Of a stretch of 30,150 nt of DNA, positions 26,798-30,150 are shown in pieces; positions within the stretch are counted from its first letter, which is position 1; the number at the start of each line of letters is the position of its first letter. The notes beneath the pieces are model-generated. The model saw only the letters and a program-made list of their open reading frames with translations. It was not told where the DNA came from and did no database searches. The position numbers were made by a program, and so were the translations under genes. Source of the stretch: a virus; the IMG/VR virus record IMGVR_UViG_3300014208_001418, one strand, 5' to 3'.

Positions 26798-28017
26798 CTT
26801 GCATGAGTAAGCGTTACAGGTCCCATTACTCTTTTTTCATATAAAGGTCTTACTCCCCTATTAATAACGTCCATATAAGCTGTCTTTTGCTTGAAAGAGT
26901 ACGCATTCTCATATGTTCCATACTCCAACAGATTTGAACTAATTTCCTGATATGGCCATATTGACTTCCCAGCCAAATACGGTGCATGATAATCGTATGC
27001 TAATTCTAATCCTCTTCCATCACTCATCTTATATCCGTACAAATCTGTACCATGATGTTTAGCTATCTCCGCAGTTTGTGTCATTGCATTGATAGCATAC
27101 AACGAATAGAACAACGACCTTGTTCTGCTTAACTCTGCGGTCATTTGTCCTTGTGTATTCATCTGTTTTGGAATTAATTCCTTCCAATATTGGAACGCCC
27201 AATTCAGATCATTGTTATCCTCTGTAATAACAGCCGATGCACCTATTAATAAAACTTTCCAGTTCTCATAATTTGTTGGATTAGCTTCCTTTGACCTTCC
27301 TCTGCTTACACTCGTTAATCTTACCCATTCCTTGAACGCATTTCTATCATTGACATTCCATCCCTGATAATTCCATATCAAGTCAGCACCATAATACATT
27401 CCCGTCAACGTAATCGGTATTTCAATATACGCTTGACTATTAAAAGTCGTAATTTTTGGATTCATTTTCGTTGTAGGATTAACAGTCCATGCATTGATAA
27501 GTTGTATAGCCTTATCTGCATATTTATTCTCTCCTGTAAGTGCATACGCCAATCCCAAATCTCTCACAGCTTTTCCAACAGCCATTGCTCCTATATAATC
27601 AGTCCTATCTACATTAGGATCAAAAACTCCATCACCCGTTGTATAAGGCGCTTCCGAGAAATAATCATGTCTATCTCCACTCGGAGGATTCTTTCCCTCA
27701 TATGTAACACTCTGTAATCCCAATCCCATAGCTGCAAGAACATCAACACTCATAAACTTATCATAAGCTCCTTTCTGCGGTTGTTGTCCTGCACTTATTT
27801 TTGCCTTAATGTTATTAATATCATTAATATTAATAAACATGCTAGGATGTCCAGACAACGAAGGAGTCGATGTCGGAGTTATAACAGGTGTAGGTGTCGG
27901 AGTTATATTTGGGAATATTGAAATTGGTAAAACTTGTCCAGTATATGATATAAATAATATTATTACTGAAAGTATTACTATAATCAATATTTGTAAATTA
28001 TTTAATTTATAATTCAT
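26794..28017 (-). CDS. Membrane-anchored or secreted alginate-lyase-family polysaccharide lyase
   Basis: N-terminal TM segment, PT linker, DYFSEAPY, LAYALTGENKYADKA, MNP, NYENW, ELSRTRSLFYSLY, DLYGY. Confidence 0.82.
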   Translation of the reverse strand: MNYKLNNLQILIIVILSVIILFISYTGQVLPISIFPNITPTPTPVITPTSTPSLSGHPSMFININDINNIKAKISAGQQPQKGAYDKFMSVDVLAAMGLGLQSVTYEGKNPPSGDRHDYFSEAPYTTGDGVFDPNVDRTDYIGAMAVGKAVRDLGLAYALTGENKYADKAIQLINAWTVNPTTKMNPKITTFNSQAYIEIPITLTGMYYGADLIWNYQGWNVNDRNAFKEWVRLTSVSRGRSKEANPTNYENWKVLLIGASAVITEDNNDLNWAFQYWKELIPKQMNTQGQMTAELSRTRSLFYSLYAINAMTQTAEIAKHHGTDLYGYKMSDGRGLELAYDYHAPYLAGKSIWPYQEISSNLLEYGTYENAYSFKQKTAYMDVINRGVRPLYEKRVMGPVTLTHAR

Positions 28018-28302
28018 ATTTTATATCTCCGATTTATTATGTTTATTTTGCATGTATTCCCATATTGCTTTATCCGTAGTCAGTCCATTTATTCTCAATA
28101 ATATGATAATCACACAAAGGGTTAAAACCAATATAGTTTTGTTCATGTTATTACAGATAGCTTAATTTTTAAGTATATAAAAACTTTGTTTAACTTTTCA
28201 CCTTCCTCACATCTCAGTTATATTTTCTTTAAAAATTTATATAGTATAACAAAACGATAAATATTTATACTTTGAATATCATTTGATACTATCAGAGTAA
28301 AA

Positions 28303-28893
28303 ATGAAAGCGAGAGAAGTTTTAAGATTATTACAAATATCAAGACCTACTTTAGCTAGATATACTAAAAGCGGTTTGATTAGACATACTGCAACTTTAGG
28401 AAAGAATAATTACAACGAAGAAGATGTTTATAAAATCTTAAATAAAGACATTAAGCGTAAGATTGTAATTTATGCAAGAGTTTCAACTCCAAAACAGAAA
28501 AAAGATTTGGAAAATCAAATAGACTTTTTAAAATCATGGTGCTTTTCTAATGGATTACAGTTAAATTCTATTTATTCAGACATAGCATCTGGTATTTCGT
28601 TTGACAAACGCAAAGACTTTTTTATAATGCTTGATGATATTATCAATCACAAAGTCGAAAAGGTTATAATTGCTTATAAAGATAGACTTAGTCGAATCGG
28701 ATTTGAACTCTTCTCTTACTTATTCAAACAATACGGTACAGAAATCATTGTCGTATCCGAAATAGGTAACACTAAATTAGACGTCGAAGAAGTTTTTGAA
28801 GAAATAGTGTCCCTTTTGCATTGTTATTCAATGAAACTGTACAGCAAACGAAAAAACAATAAACATATTGAGGTAAGTACAGAAAATGTTTGA
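28303..28893 (+). CDS. tnpA: IS607 transposase (MerR-like HTH + serine recombinase)
   Basis: MKAREVLRLLQISRPTL, IYARVST, DIASG, YKDRLSRIGFE. Confidence 0.93.
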   Translation: MKAREVLRLLQISRPTLARYTKSGLIRHTATLGKNNYNEEDVYKILNKDIKRKIVIYARVSTPKQKKDLENQIDFLKSWCFSNGLQLNSIYSDIASGISFDKRKDFFIMLDDIINHKVEKVIIAYKDRLSRIGFELFSYLFKQYGTEIIVVSEIGNTKLDVEEVFEEIVSLLHCYSMKLYSKRKNNKHIEVSTENV

Positions 28894-30133
28894 AATAAGA
28901 ACTGAGCAAATATGGATTAAGGGAACGCTTGAAATTAGTAATCAGTGTCATTTGAGAAAGAATCTTTATAATCAGGCAAATTATTTAATCAAACATCCCG
29001 AAGCACAGACAATAATAGTTAATCCAAAAACAAATAAACCTTACGGTAGATATGAAATGCTCAATGCTAACTTATGTGATTCTGAAAATTATCAAATGTC
29101 GCAATCTTCTCAACAAACATTAAAAATCGTAGATAGAGATTGGACTTCGTTCTTCGAGTCATTGAAAGATTGGAAAGCGCATCCAGATAAATACAAATCA
29201 AAGCCAAACCCTCCACACTATAAACCCAAAGACGGTGAATCGATTCTCATATTTACGAACCAACAATGCAAAATTTGTGACGGATGGTTGATGTTTCCTA
29301 AGATAATGAATTTGAAAATTAAAACACGTCTATTTGGCAAAATAAATCAAGTCAGAATTGTTCCTAAAGGTACAGGTTACATTTGTGAAATAGTCTATGA
29401 AAAAAAATTAACTGAAAAACAAATAATAAACAGGAGATGGTACAGTAAATTAAACAATAAAGATAGAATAGTTGGAATTGATTATGGTTCAGTAAATATC
29501 GTTACTATGGGAGATAACATCGGAAGCGTACCGATTGCTATCAAGGACGATGGATATGGAATTAAGAGCGTCAATCAATTCTATAATAAAAAGAAAGCAT
29601 ACCTACAATCTATCTACGATAAGCAAGGAATTAAATTTGGCTCATCAATGTCACGTTTAAATGATAATCGTAATCAAAAGATTAAAGACCAAATGCATAA
29701 ATTGAGTCGCTACATAGTGGAACATTGTGTTGAAAATAACATTGGCCTTATATCAATTGGTCACAATGAAGGATGGAAACAAAACATAAACCTTGGGAAG
29801 AAGACTAACCAAAGTTTTGTAAGTATTCCATTCAATACTTTAACTGCTATGATTCAGTACAAAGCCGATGAATACGGCATATCTGTAAAAGTTCCAGAAG
29901 AAGACCATACTAGCAAGTGTTCGTTCTTAGACTTAGAACCGATTTGTCACCAAGAAGTTTATCTTGGTAAACGCATCAAACGTGGCCTTTTCCAGAGCCA
30001 TAACGGAACATTAATCAACGCTGATTGTAACGGTATGTACAATATAATACGCAGAAGCGAACCGAAAGCATTTGTGGACGGTGTAGGAGGATGTGTGCTA
30101 CATCCATTGATAATATCATTTGAAGGTAATTGA
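28886..30133 (+). CDS. tnpB: TnpB RNA-guided endonuclease
   Basis: NLYNQANY, SQQTLK, GIDYG (RuvC-I), IGHNEGWKQ, EEDHTSKCSFLD, INADCNGMYNI (RuvC-III). Confidence 0.92.
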   Translation: MFEIRTEQIWIKGTLEISNQCHLRKNLYNQANYLIKHPEAQTIIVNPKTNKPYGRYEMLNANLCDSENYQMSQSSQQTLKIVDRDWTSFFESLKDWKAHPDKYKSKPNPPHYKPKDGESILIFTNQQCKICDGWLMFPKIMNLKIKTRLFGKINQVRIVPKGTGYICEIVYEKKLTEKQIINRRWYSKLNNKDRIVGIDYGSVNIVTMGDNIGSVPIAIKDDGYGIKSVNQFYNKKKAYLQSIYDKQGIKFGSSMSRLNDNRNQKIKDQMHKLSRYIVEHCVENNIGLISIGHNEGWKQNINLGKKTNQSFVSIPFNTLTAMIQYKADEYGISVKVPEEDHTSKCSFLDLEPICHQEVYLGKRIKRGLFQSHNGTLINADCNGMYNIIRRSEPKAFVDGVGGCVLHPLIISFEGN

Positions 30134-30150
30134 AATGATAAAAATCATAA

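Larger units (their letters stand above)
28230..30150 (+). mobile_element. IS607-family insertion sequence (ends not resolved; may run past the window)
   Basis: Overlapping serine-recombinase tnpA and tnpB; AT-rich and lacks the C-skew of the backbone. Confidence 0.85.

Overview
This window looks like part of a large archaeal virus or extrachromosomal element. It has archaeal TATA boxes, AGGTGA/GGAG ribosome-binding sites and oligo-T terminators; no capsid, terminase or ribosomal marker is visible, so the replicon type is inferred. Left third: a replication and DNA-modification cluster with an intein-containing DinG/XPD helicase, an RFC large-subunit-like clamp loader, FolE, a YkgJ/DUF3109-like Cys-rich protein, a TGT/DpdA-like guanine transglycosylase, an ASCH-like protein and a degenerate SF2-helicase-like protein. 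Four proteins (RFC-like, TGT-like, ASCH-like and one unknown) end in the same short tail, (Q/A)-[DE]-[LM]-F-A, and all lie downstream of one conserved promoter, YTTAWATAC-N5-AGTAGTAG. This suggests a co-regulated, possibly clamp-tethered 7-deazaguanine DNA-modification system. Middle and right: a repeat-containing 963-aa protein, then a MoxR AAA+ / split CoxE-type vWA / zincin module with acidic disordered proteins. Two reverse-strand secreted glycan enzymes (GH16+CBM, alginate-lyase-like) each sit beside an insertion scar. An IS607 (tnpA+tnpB) closes the window. Most + strand genes are extremely C-rich and G-poor. All calls come from reading motifs by eye; no database search was run.
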